Made by a program: the position numbers and the translations under genes. Shown one piece after another: positions 45,411 to 53,255 of a stretch of DNA of 64,000 nucleotides (positions are counted from its first letter, which is position 1; the number at the start of each line of letters is the position of its first letter). The notes beneath the pieces were generated by a model. That model was not told the DNA's origin and searched no databases. It was given only the letters and a program-made list of their open reading frames with translations. Origin of the DNA: Thermoanaerobaculia bacterium (GTDB lineage Bacteria > Acidobacteriota > Thermoanaerobaculia > Multivoradales > JAHEKO01); contig CAMYLC010000008.1 in assembly GCA_947259195.1 (NCBI GenBank), forward strand, positions 52,694 through 116,693. The letters are read 5' to 3'.

Positions 45411-46208
45411 TTATTCTTCCGACTGATCTTCTTTCTGCTCTTGCTTCTTCTTGCTGCGCAGCACGAGAGCTGCCGCGGCAACGCCCAGCAGGTACAGAAC
45501 AATGGTAGGAAGAGCGAACATGAGCAGGTTCACCACGTCGGGAGTCGGGGTCACGAAGGCCGCAGCGATGAAAATCAGCAACACTGCCCAGCGAAACTTG
45601 CGGATCAGGAAACCAGGCGTCACGACGCCCATCTGCGCGAGGAGAAAGATGATGATGGGCAGCTCGAACATCAGGCCCAGACCCAGGATCACGTAGAGGA
45701 GAAAACGGAAATAGCGCTCCACGGTGATCATGGGTTGGAACGCAGCACCCATGCCAATCAGGAAGTCCACCGCGAACGGAAAGGCGACGTAGTAGGCGAA
45801 TGCACCACCGCCTATGAAGAACAGGGACCCGAAGAAGATGAAAGGGACGGCCCTTCGTCGCTCTTTCTTGTACAGACCCGGGGCGACAAATCGCCAGACC
45901 TGATAGAGGACGAAAGGCGAGGCCACGAATAGGGCAACCAGGGCAGCGACCTTGACGTAGATGATGAACGGGTCGGTTACACCGAGAAAGGTCAAGCGAC
46001 TCCCCTCGGGCAGCGCCTTGTAGATGGGCCTGGCCAGGAAGTCTGCGATCTGCTGGACGAAGAACCAGCAGAAGACGAAGACTACGCCGACGGCGATGAT
46101 CGAACGAAAGATCCGCTGCCGGAACTCCTCGAGGTGCTCCAGCAGACTCATCCGCTGCAGATCGTCTTCGGAGGCAGACGGATTCCCAGGCTCAGGAAGA
46201 GTGCTCAT
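45411..46208 (-). CDS. tatC: Twin-arginine translocase subunit TatC
   Basis: 265-aa ORF with six hydrophobic helices and the TatC N-terminal pattern MSLLEHLEEFRQRIFRSII. Confidence 0.93.
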   Translation of the reverse strand: MSTLPEPGNPSASEDDLQRMSLLEHLEEFRQRIFRSIIAVGVVFVFCWFFVQQIADFLARPIYKALPEGSRLTFLGVTDPFIIYVKVAALVALFVASPFVLYQVWRFVAPGLYKKERRRAVPFIFFGSLFFIGGGAFAYYVAFPFAVDFLIGMGAAFQPMITVERYFRFLLYVILGLGLMFELPIIIFLLAQMGVVTPGFLIRKFRWAVLLIFIAAAFVTPTPDVVNLLMFALPTIVLYLLGVAAAALVLRSKKKQEQKEDQSEE

Positions 46209-46223
46209 CGGAATGGTGGATGC

Positions 46224-46577
46224 CTACTCCGGCTCGCGCGAAGGCTCGGCTGTCGAAGTTGTGTCAGCTACCACGGGGCCCTCGGGCGGAGCTGGAGCCT
46301 GAGTGGCAGGTGGGGCTGGTGGACTGGTTGTTGGTGGAATAGGCGGCGTCTCGACGGCAGGTGCAGGATCGACTTGCGCCGGGTTCACGGGGCCGCTGAC
46401 TTCCTCGGCCGAGATCTCCGTGTCGAGCGTCCGCTTGAGTTCTCGCGTTGCCCGGCGGAACTCGCCCATTGCCTTGCCCATCGTCTTCCCGATCTCGGGC
46501 AGTTTCCTGGGTCCGAAGATCAACAGAGCCAGAACCATGATGAAAAGCAGCTCCGGCATTCCCAAAGATCCAATCAT
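46224..46577 (-). CDS. tatA: Twin-arginine translocase subunit TatA/E with a Pro-rich tail
   Basis: Trimmed from track ORF 46224..46658 to the ATG at 46577. MIGSLGMPELLFIMVLALLIFGPRKLPEIGKTMGKAMGEFRRA is canonical TatA, followed by a Pro/Thr/Ala-rich C-terminal tail. Confidence 0.9.
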   Translation of the reverse strand: MIGSLGMPELLFIMVLALLIFGPRKLPEIGKTMGKAMGEFRRATRELKRTLDTEISAEEVSGPVNPAQVDPAPAVETPPIPPTTSPPAPPATQAPAPPEGPVVADTTSTAEPSREPE

Positions 46578-46665
46578 GGCGCATTCATCCTTCCCTTCGA
46601 TGATCTGGCGACTGGCGAGGAATGTCAAGCCGGCGATCCACCATCCTCGGTGATACACTCCGCCC

Positions 46666-48297
46666 GTGCGACCGCGCTGGAGACTTACGGCTTCGGTCCT
46701 TTTTGCTCTGACGTTGCTCGTCGCGAGCCTTTTCGGGGATCGACTTCTCGCCTTGAATCAGGAGGCTCGAGAGGTCCTGCGTCTGTACACCGAGCTCCTC
46801 GAGGTCTCTCACGAGACCTACGGCGGCGAGACGAGCTACAAGGACCTCGTGAATGCCTCTATCGAAGGTATGGTTCGATCCCTGGACCCTCATACCTCGT
46901 TCCTGACCGCTGAAGCCTACAGCCAGATGCGGGATCGACAGCAAAGCAGCTTCTTCGGGCTCGGCATTCTGGTGGGGCTGCGCAACGGACAGATCACCGT
47001 CATCACCCCTATCGAAGGCACACCGGCATCTCGAATGGGCTTGAGAGCTGGTGACGTCATCGCAGCAATCGAGGGTGAGACCACTGAGGGCATGAACATC
47101 AACGAGGCCGTGCGGCAATTGAAGGGTCCCAAAGGCACGGAAGTGACCATCACCATCAGCCGTCCTGGCCTCGACGAGCCCATCGAGGTCACCATCGTCC
47201 GCGACGAGATCCCACAAGTTTCGGTGCGCTACCAGTACATGGTCAGTCCCGAGACCGGCTACATCTCCATCAGCGACTTCAATCGAGGCACAGCTCGAGA
47301 GGTTCGCGAGGCCGTTCAGGCCTTACGCGAGCAGGGTATGAAGCAGCTTCTCGTCGATCTGCGGACCAATGGTGGAGGACTGCTCGACCAGGCCATCGAG
47401 GTCGTGCAGCAGTTCCTGCCGAAAGGCTCCAAGATCGTGGAGACCCGGGGTCGCACCAGGGACTCCCACCAGGAGTACTTTTCCGAAGATCCGGCTCCGG
47501 CACTCGACCTGCCGATGGTGGTCCTGGTGGGTGAGGGAACCGCATCGGCCGCCGAGATCTTCGCTGGCGCTATCCAGGATCACGATGTGGGTCTCATCGT
47601 CGGTACCCAGACCTGGGGCAAGGGACTCGTCCAGACCGTCTACAGCCTGTCCTATGGAGCTGGGCTGGCCCTCACAACCGCCAGGTACTACACACCCTCC
47701 GGCAGGCTGATCCAGAGAGACTACAGCTCCTGGTTCGACTACAGCACCCACTCGAACGGGGTGGACCCCGCAGAGTTCGATGCCGAGAACGGTGATGCAA
47801 TCGTCGATATCGAGGCGTATCGGACCGATCTGGGACGCAAAGTCTACGGCGGTGGAGGCATCACCCCGGACGTGACCATCGAGCCTCAGGAAATCCCGAC
47901 TCTGCTTCAGCTCCTTCTCAGCAGGAACGCGTTCTTCGACTTCGCCGTCAGCTATGCCAATCGTCATCCGATCGAAAGCCGGGAGTGGCAGATTCCAGAC
48001 CCGGTCCTCGATGAGTTCTACGGCTGGGCGGTCGATGAGGAGCTCATCACCAGGGAGGAGCTGACAGAGGAGACCGCAGACGCTGCCGTCGTCGAGAGGG
48101 TCCGGAGAAACCTCCGCGGTGAGCTACTCAATTCAGCGTTCGGGATCGAGGCCCGATACGAGATCCTTGCCGAAGGCGATCCCCAGATTCTCGAGGCCCT
48201 GAGCCTTTTCGAAGACGCCAAGAGGCTGCTCGCCCGCAGACAACTACTGATCGACGGAAGCAGTCAGCCAGAGAAGACCGCCAGCCTCCCCGAGTAG
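46666..48297 (+). CDS. S41-family C-terminal processing peptidase (PDZ domain)
   Basis: 543-aa ORF with a GTG start and an N-terminal anchor. PDZ domain (GLGILVGLRNGQITVITPIEGTPASRMGLRAGDVIAAIEG) and S41 catalytic region (LVDLRTNGGGLL, VVLVGEGTASAAEIFAGA, TWGKGLVQ). Confidence 0.92.
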   Translation: MRPRWRLTASVLFALTLLVASLFGDRLLALNQEAREVLRLYTELLEVSHETYGGETSYKDLVNASIEGMVRSLDPHTSFLTAEAYSQMRDRQQSSFFGLGILVGLRNGQITVITPIEGTPASRMGLRAGDVIAAIEGETTEGMNINEAVRQLKGPKGTEVTITISRPGLDEPIEVTIVRDEIPQVSVRYQYMVSPETGYISISDFNRGTAREVREAVQALREQGMKQLLVDLRTNGGGLLDQAIEVVQQFLPKGSKIVETRGRTRDSHQEYFSEDPAPALDLPMVVLVGEGTASAAEIFAGAIQDHDVGLIVGTQTWGKGLVQTVYSLSYGAGLALTTARYYTPSGRLIQRDYSSWFDYSTHSNGVDPAEFDAENGDAIVDIEAYRTDLGRKVYGGGGITPDVTIEPQEIPTLLQLLLSRNAFFDFAVSYANRHPIESREWQIPDPVLDEFYGWAVDEELITREELTEETADAAVVERVRRNLRGELLNSAFGIEARYEILAEGDPQILEALSLFEDAKRLLARRQLLIDGSSQPEKTASLPE

Positions 48298-48360
48298 CAG
48301 GGGCCAGCCGGCCTCGACTCGATCCACTCTGTCAACAGGGGTCTTTCGAGGCACGCTCAG

Positions 48361-49308
48361 TCAGGTCTGGCCGTCGAGAGCTTGCAGGTGGGTCCAAAGC
48401 AGGCCCGGCAGAGCCTGGACGTCGTAGCCCCCTTCAAGCAGAACCAGGCATCGTCCTTGGCAAATCTCATCGGACACCGAGCCCAACCAACGCCCCCAGT
48501 CACGGTAGCCCTGCTCACTGACCAGCATTCCTCCAAGGGGATCCGACTGCCAGGCGTCGAAGCCGGCGGAAATCAGCAGGATCTCCGGACGAAACTCCCG
48601 TAGCGACGGTAGGAGTGCCGACTGGAAGGCCGCCTCGAAGGCCACATCCCCCGCCCCGGCCGGCAACGGAACGTTGACCGTGGCGCCCTCCCCGTCTCCG
48701 GTTCCCCGCTCGTCCGCCGCCCCGGTGCCCGGGTAGAACGGGTAGCGATGGGTACTCAAATAGAGGACATCGGGCTCTTCCTCGAAGATGTGCTGGGTGC
48801 CGTTGCCATGGTGGACATCGAAATCCACGACGGCCAAGCGTTGGGCTCCCTTCTCGCGGCGCAGGTAGTCCACCGCTACTGCCACGTTGTTGAAGTAGCA
48901 GAAGCCCATCGCGCCATTGCGCTCCGCATGGTGGCCCGGCGGCCGCACCGCGCTCATGCCGCGTCGCCCGGCGCCAGCCGCCACCCAGTCGGCGGCCGCC
49001 AGGGTCGTTTCCACCGCAGCTCGAGCAGCTTCCCAGGTCGACCCACAGAGCGGGTTGTCCGGTGTATCCAGGAAGAGCTCGCCTCTTTCCATGGCGCCCA
49101 GAAAGCGAGAAAGGTACCGTTCGGAGTGCACTGCAGCGACCGCTGGCTCGAAGCCTCCATGTTCGCCGGACTCCTCGACTTCCACTTGGCGATGATGCAG
49201 TAACTCCAGAATACTCTCCAGTCGCTCGGCCCTTTCAGGATAGCCGTCTGGCACTCGATGCAAAAGGCATCGGGGGTCGGAAAAGACTCTCAACATGACC
49301 CCGATCAT
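48361..49308 (-). CDS. HDAC-family deacetylase (class II / acetoin-utilisation / acetylpolyamine amidohydrolase-like)
   Basis: 315-aa ORF with VRPPGHHAERNGAMGFCYFNNVAVAV and VVDFDVHHGNGTQHIF. Lies 71 nt downstream of the ECF sigma gene on the same strand. Confidence 0.9.
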   Translation of the reverse strand: MIGVMLRVFSDPRCLLHRVPDGYPERAERLESILELLHHRQVEVEESGEHGGFEPAVAAVHSERYLSRFLGAMERGELFLDTPDNPLCGSTWEAARAAVETTLAAADWVAAGAGRRGMSAVRPPGHHAERNGAMGFCYFNNVAVAVDYLRREKGAQRLAVVDFDVHHGNGTQHIFEEEPDVLYLSTHRYPFYPGTGAADERGTGDGEGATVNVPLPAGAGDVAFEAAFQSALLPSLREFRPEILLISAGFDAWQSDPLGGMLVSEQGYRDWGRWLGSVSDEICQGRCLVLLEGGYDVQALPGLLWTHLQALDGQT

Positions 49309-49379
49309 AGCTCACCTGCGGCGTCCTTTGAGCCTGAAGGGTGGGCCTCGGACCTGCAGCGTAGAGGTCAATCGCATCT

Positions 49380-50021
49380 CTACCGTTTGGGTAGCTGAAG
49401 GCCGAATGCGGCCAGCCTGTGCCGCAACCTATGGACCATGGAATCCACACAACTGGGAGTCAAGCCACCGCCGAGCTGGCGACAGATCTCCCGACTGCTG
49501 TGACCTTCGAAAAATGCCAGGTAGAGCACGTTCAGATCCCGAACGGATCGCCTGCCCAAGACGTCCCGACAACGCTCCAGGAAGAATCGGCGCCGCTCTC
49601 GGTTCAGCACCCATTCCTCTGGCGAAGGGCGTTGATCGACCGCCCCGTCGGCCGGATCTCCCTCGAGGATCATCAACCGGTCTACCAGGTGCCGTCGGCC
49701 CCGTTTCAGAGCTGAGCTTGCCCGCAGGTGGTCGACAACGACTCGCTCACCGATACGACCGAGATAGGCCCCGATCTCGGTCTCCCGCCTTGCACGACAA
49801 CGCCTGAGGCCGAGGGCTTGCTTGTCGAGCAAGCGATAGTAGGCGTCCTGAACGAGATCCTCGCGCTCCTCACGGCTCAATCGGACACCGAATCGACGTA
49901 CCGCCCGATCGATTCCTCGAGTCAGCCGAACCTCGAAACGCCGCACGAACTCTCTCCAGGGATCCGGCTCGAATGATCTGGCACACCGTGCGAGCAGCTC
50001 GCCGATCTCATGATCTGCCAT
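49380..50021 (-). CDS. ECF-type RNA polymerase sigma factor
   Basis: 213-aa ORF with a TTG start. Region 2 (REDLVQDAYYRLL, YLGRIGERVVVDHLR) and region 4 (LNVLYLAFFEGHSSREICRQLGGGLTPSCVDSMVHRLRHRL). Confidence 0.85.
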   Translation of the reverse strand: MADHEIGELLARCARSFEPDPWREFVRRFEVRLTRGIDRAVRRFGVRLSREEREDLVQDAYYRLLDKQALGLRRCRARRETEIGAYLGRIGERVVVDHLRASSALKRGRRHLVDRLMILEGDPADGAVDQRPSPEEWVLNRERRRFFLERCRDVLGRRSVRDLNVLYLAFFEGHSSREICRQLGGGLTPSCVDSMVHRLRHRLAAFGLQLPKR

Positions 50022-50031
50022 CGTTTGAGAC

Positions 50032-50059
50032 TCCTTTCCATACGCGTATGGAGAGGAGG
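50032..50059 (-). promoter_or_regulatory. SD-sequestering hairpin (or 16-bp palindromic operator) in the leader of the ECF sigma gene
   Basis: The minus-strand RNA reads CUCCUCUCCAUACGCGUAUGGAAAGGAG. The 3' arm contains the SD AAGGAG (10 nt before the TTG start) and pairs with CUCCUC at the 5' arm: 11-12 bp with one C/A mismatch. The core TCCATACGCGTATGGA (50038-50053) is a perfect DNA palindrome. Confidence 0.4.
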
Positions 50060-50258
50060 CTGAACGACCAGATGAAGAAAGAGTGTTCAGGTCCGCCAGG
50101 ACCTGTAGACAGTAGGGGTCGCTATTCTAGCATCACTGGCGGGGGGCGCGGACGGAGAAAGTCGCGTCCTAGCCCGCAGCCAACGGCTGGGCTCGTTCGG
50201 CTACCGGGATCTAGGGTAGTGATCGGTCTTGAAGTCGGGCTGAAGTGACAGATCAGAC

Positions 50259-50414
50259 CTATCGGAGCTTGTCTTCCACGAACTCGACGTGCTGGCGGAT
50301 CTTCGGATCGTACTTCTTGAGGCGCAGCTTCCCTGCACCGAGCTTCTTGTTCTTGGTCGTGGTGTAGAAGTACCCCGTACCTGCCGAGGAAACGAGTTTG
50401 ATCTTCTCTCTCAT
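50259..50414 (-). CDS. rpmG: 50S ribosomal protein L33
   Basis: Not in the ORF track (51 aa). My translation is [51 protein letters not shown], the canonical L33 pattern. AAGGAGG lies 6 nt upstream of the ATG, and the stop is TAG. Confidence 0.92.
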   Translation of the reverse strand: MREKIKLVSSAGTGYFYTTTKNKKLGAGKLRLKKYDPKIRQHVEFVEDKLR

Positions 50415-50511
50415 GGCAACCTCCTTGCCCGCTGCTTGTCCCGCCCCAGTCCTGGCCTACATTCCGTTGACCCCGGTTAGGGAGGGCCAAGAGTATGGCT
50501 TTTTCGCAGAC

Positions 50512-50588
50512 TGGCGGGGTCGACGGGACTCGAACCCGCGACCTCCGGCGTGACAGGCCGGCGTTCTAACCAGCTGAACTACGACCCC
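50512..50588 (-). tRNA. tRNA-Asp (GTC)
   Basis: The reverse complement reads GGGGTCGTAGTTCAGCTGGTTAGAACGCCGGCCTGTCACGCCGGAGGTCGCGGGTTCGAGTCCCGTCGACCCCGCCA. It folds as a cloverleaf with anticodon loop CTGTCAC and an encoded CCA. Confidence 0.93.
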
Positions 50589-50625
50589 GCAATATCTGCA
50601 ACCGCCGGCACAGTGAGTCGGTAGC

Positions 50626-50700
50626 TGGTGGGAGGTGAGGGATTTGAACCCACGACCCCCTGCGTGTAAGGCAGGTGCTCTTCCACTGAGCTAACCTCCC
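50626..50700 (-). tRNA. tRNA-Val (TAC)
   Basis: The reverse complement reads GGGAGGTTAGCTCAGTGGAAGAGCACCTGCCTTACACGCAGGGGGTCGTGGGTTCAAATCCCTCACCTCCCACCA. Anticodon loop CTTACAC, with an encoded CCA. Confidence 0.93.
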
Positions 50701-51077
50701 CGCCCCGGCGACGCGAAATACTACGGGAGGGTCCCCCGGAAGTCAATCACTAATCACCCGTGGCCCCATTCACACTAAGAATCCGACGGCTCCTCAGGGA
50801 TCCGATCGCGAGACCCTCGCAGCCTGGGGCCGAACCGGCAATGAGCCATTTTTTTGCATCACTCTGGAAAATTTTGAGCATTGCCACTTCCCGATACGTC
50901 AATTCTTAACTGAATACATACCAACATTTTCGCACTCGTCGCCCTCCTCGGCGTCTCGAGCGGGGTTTCAGGTCGTCCAAGAGAACCGCATAACCCCCTA
51001 TTTTTCAATTGTTTATACCCAGACAGTTGCAATTTTCAGGGTGCTGGAGCGCTCGCGGAAGCGTTTGTTGTCAAAGC

Positions 51078-51093
51078 TGGCATGGCCATTGCC
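51078..51093 (+). promoter_or_regulatory. Candidate sigma-54 (-24/-12) promoter upstream of the ArsR-like gene
   Basis: CTGGCATGGCCATTGCC has GG at 51079-80 and GC at 51091-92 with the canonical spacing. Against YTGGCACGrNNNTTGCW it deviates only at two weakly conserved positions. It lies 127 nt upstream of the ATG at 51220. An IHF-like TTTCAATTGTTTA at 51003-51015 sits upstream. Confidence 0.45.
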
Positions 51094-51219
51094 CTATAGA
51101 GCCCCGAATGCAAATTGGAGTTCATCGCTTATGGAAGCACAAATCAAGGGATGCCGAACCAACCAGGACGAGACCCAAGGAGACCACCGAATCATCCCTG
51201 ACACAGAACGGAGTAAGAC

Positions 51220-51651
51220 ATGGACCAGATCAAGCCAATGAGAAGGGGCTCTCGCAGCGATCGGGTGACGCCTTTTGCCACACATCCGAGTGTTCCCGAT
51301 CGCCAGTTGACCAAGTTCTTCAAGGCCCTCTCCGACCAGACCCGGAGGAACATCTTGAGACTGCTCGAGAATCACCCACTCAGTGTCGGTGAGATCGTCG
51401 ACAACTTCCAGCTCTCTCAGCCAACGATCTCGAGACACCTGGCAGTACTCCGCGAAGCCGATCTCGTCGTCGACCAACGTCGAGGTCAACATGTGATCTA
51501 CCAGATCAACTCTTCCAGTCTGGCTGCGTCGATGCTGGAGTTCTTCCGGGAGTTTCGCCACTCGAGGCAGGAGTTGGAACGTCTGACTGCTCGCCCTGAG
51601 CAGACCAGCACAACTCCCCTCTCTCGGCGTCCGCGTCCAACGATTCGCTGA
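51220..51651 (+). CDS. ArsR/SmtB-family transcriptional regulator (no obvious metal-binding Cys motif)
   Basis: 143-aa ORF with GGAG 6 nt upstream of the ATG. Winged-HTH pattern FKALSDQTRRNILRLLENHPLSVGEIVDNFQLSQPTISRHLAVLREADLV. No CxC or other metal-site cysteines. Confidence 0.85.
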   Translation: MDQIKPMRRGSRSDRVTPFATHPSVPDRQLTKFFKALSDQTRRNILRLLENHPLSVGEIVDNFQLSQPTISRHLAVLREADLVVDQRRGQHVIYQINSSSLAASMLEFFREFRHSRQELERLTARPEQTSTTPLSRRPRPTIR

Positions 51652-51669
51652 TCTCCTTTTCTTCGTTTA

Positions 51670-51700
51670 CCGCTCGGGCACGCTGCTGCCCGAGCGGTTC
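51670..51700 (+). terminator. Candidate terminator after the ArsR-like gene
   Basis: CCGCTCGGGCA-CGCTGC-TGCCCGAGCGG (perfect 11-bp stem) begins 19 nt after the stop codon and is followed by TTC, a weak T-tract. Confidence 0.5.
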
Positions 51701-51710
51701 GCATACCCGC

Positions 51711-51739
51711 TCGCCACCAAGACCAGGTCCGGCTATAAT
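51711..51739 (+). promoter_or_regulatory. Candidate sigma-70 promoter for the tRNA(CAT)-tilS transcription unit (TCGCCA-N17-TATAAT)
   Basis: Perfect TATAAT at 51734-51739 and TCGCCA at 51711-51716 with a 17-nt spacer, about 60 nt upstream of the tRNA 5' end. Confidence 0.45.
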
Positions 51740-51799
51740 TCCCAGCCCGAGCCAGTGGGAGCAGCCTCCTGCGCAGCTCGGCGGTTCTCTTGAGACAAC

Positions 51800-51876
51800 G
51801 GCGGTGTAGCTCAGCTGGTTAGAGCGAGCGACTCATAATCGCTAGGTCAGAGGTTCAAGTCCTCTCACCGCCACCA
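51800..51876 (+). tRNA. tRNA with CAT anticodon, most like tRNA-Ile2 (lysidine type, ileX-like); elongator tRNA-Met not excluded
   Basis: GGCGGTGTAGCTCAGCTGGTTAGAGCGAGCGACTCATAATCGCTAGGTCAGAGGTTCAAGTCCTCTCACCGCCACCA folds as a clean cloverleaf. It is not an initiator (1-72 paired; no GGG/CCC anticodon stem). The anticodon arm GCGACTCATAATCGC and T-loop TTCAAGT resemble E. coli ileX as I remember it, rather than metT. Confidence 0.85.
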
Positions 51877-51888
51877 TCTTCCTCCAGA

Positions 51889-53250
51889 GTGACAGTCCTA
51901 CGCACACTCGAGACCTTCCTCACGGCGGAAGCTCGTGTTCAGCCGGGTGACGAGCTCGTAGTCGCATTCTCTGGAGGACCGGATTCCACTACCCTGCTCT
52001 GGGCGATGCATCAGGTCGCCCCGCGAATGGATCTCGAGGTGGCTGCGGCTCATCTGGATCACGGTCTCGACGAAGACTCGGCCCGTAGAGCTGGGGCTGC
52101 CTCTCGATTGTGCGAGTCGCTGAGAGTCCCGCTCTGGGTCGAGCGTCGTGAGGTAGAGGCTCACAGAACGGCGGGGGAGAGTATGGAGGCTGCCTCGAGG
52201 CGCGTTCGCTACGGCTTCCTGGAGGAGGTTCGCAGCCGTCGGGGTGCCGCCTTCACCGTGACCGCGCACCACGCGGACGACCAGATCGAGACCGTACTCT
52301 TGCGCCTCGCCTTTGGCAGCGGCCTGACTGGGCTCGCCGGAATCATGGCTCGTCGGGATCGGATCCTGCGACCATTCCTCCGCGTCACCCGCAAGCAACT
52401 GCACGACGCTGCCCTGAGATCGGGCTTGAGTCCTGTCATCGACCCCACGAACTTCGACCTGACCGTGCCTCGCAATCGCATTCGGCATCTCCTCATCCCT
52501 CAGTTGGCGGCCGCGGATCCTCACCTGGGCGATGCGCTGCAAAATCTGTCGAGGGCAGCTGGGCGGCTCCAGGACAAAATGGACCGATTTCTGATCCGTC
52601 GTCTCGATCTGAAAACCGCCCAGGGGGAGTCGAGCGTAAACAGGAGGCACCTGGCCGAGCTGCCTCTAGCGGTGCTTCCCTTCGCCCTGAGCCTGATGCA
52701 TCGGGCGGCGGGCCTTCCCTACCCACCACCAAAGAAGGCGAGAGAAGATCTGTTTCGACAACTGCGATTTGCCATGACGATCGGTTGCGATTGCGGAGGT
52801 GGTTGGCGATGGGAGAGCGAGGAAGACAGGGTCTGGCTTCGAAGGAGTCGACCACAACAGGCTCCTTTCGCTTATACTCTGAAGGTGCCAGGGGAGTGCT
52901 TCATCCCCGAGGCCGGTCTTCGGTTTCGAATCGAACCAGGAATCGCGGCCCGGTGGATGTTCGCTAGCTCGCCCCGACGGACAGGGTTGTCTTTGCCTAT
53001 TGTCGCCGGTGACGAAGTTACGATTCGCAATCGAAGACCCGGCGATCGGCTCCGGCCGTTGGGTTGTGCCCACACGCGTCGCCTCAAGGAAGTCTTGATC
53101 GACCGCCGTGTTCCACGTCGCGAGAGAGATCGTCTCCCCCTGCTATTCGTGGGCCCACGTTTGGCCTGGGTTCCCGGCGTGACTGTAAACGAGGACTTCA
53201 AGGTTAGAGAAAGCGAACCCGTCTGGGTGGCCCAGATCGAGCCGCTGTAA
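51889..53250 (+). CDS. tilS: tRNA(Ile)-lysidine synthase
   Basis: 453-aa ORF whose GTG start lies 12 nt after the tRNA 3' end. PP-loop VAFSGGPDSTTLL and a TilS C-terminal domain (IRNRRPGDRLRPLG...LKEVLIDRRVPRRERDRLPLL). Confidence 0.92.
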   Translation: MTVLRTLETFLTAEARVQPGDELVVAFSGGPDSTTLLWAMHQVAPRMDLEVAAAHLDHGLDEDSARRAGAASRLCESLRVPLWVERREVEAHRTAGESMEAASRRVRYGFLEEVRSRRGAAFTVTAHHADDQIETVLLRLAFGSGLTGLAGIMARRDRILRPFLRVTRKQLHDAALRSGLSPVIDPTNFDLTVPRNRIRHLLIPQLAAADPHLGDALQNLSRAAGRLQDKMDRFLIRRLDLKTAQGESSVNRRHLAELPLAVLPFALSLMHRAAGLPYPPPKKAREDLFRQLRFAMTIGCDCGGGWRWESEEDRVWLRRSRPQQAPFAYTLKVPGECFIPEAGLRFRIEPGIAARWMFASSPRRTGLSLPIVAGDEVTIRNRRPGDRLRPLGCAHTRRLKEVLIDRRVPRRERDRLPLLFVGPRLAWVPGVTVNEDFKVRESEPVWVAQIEPL

Positions 53251-53255
53251 TCACT

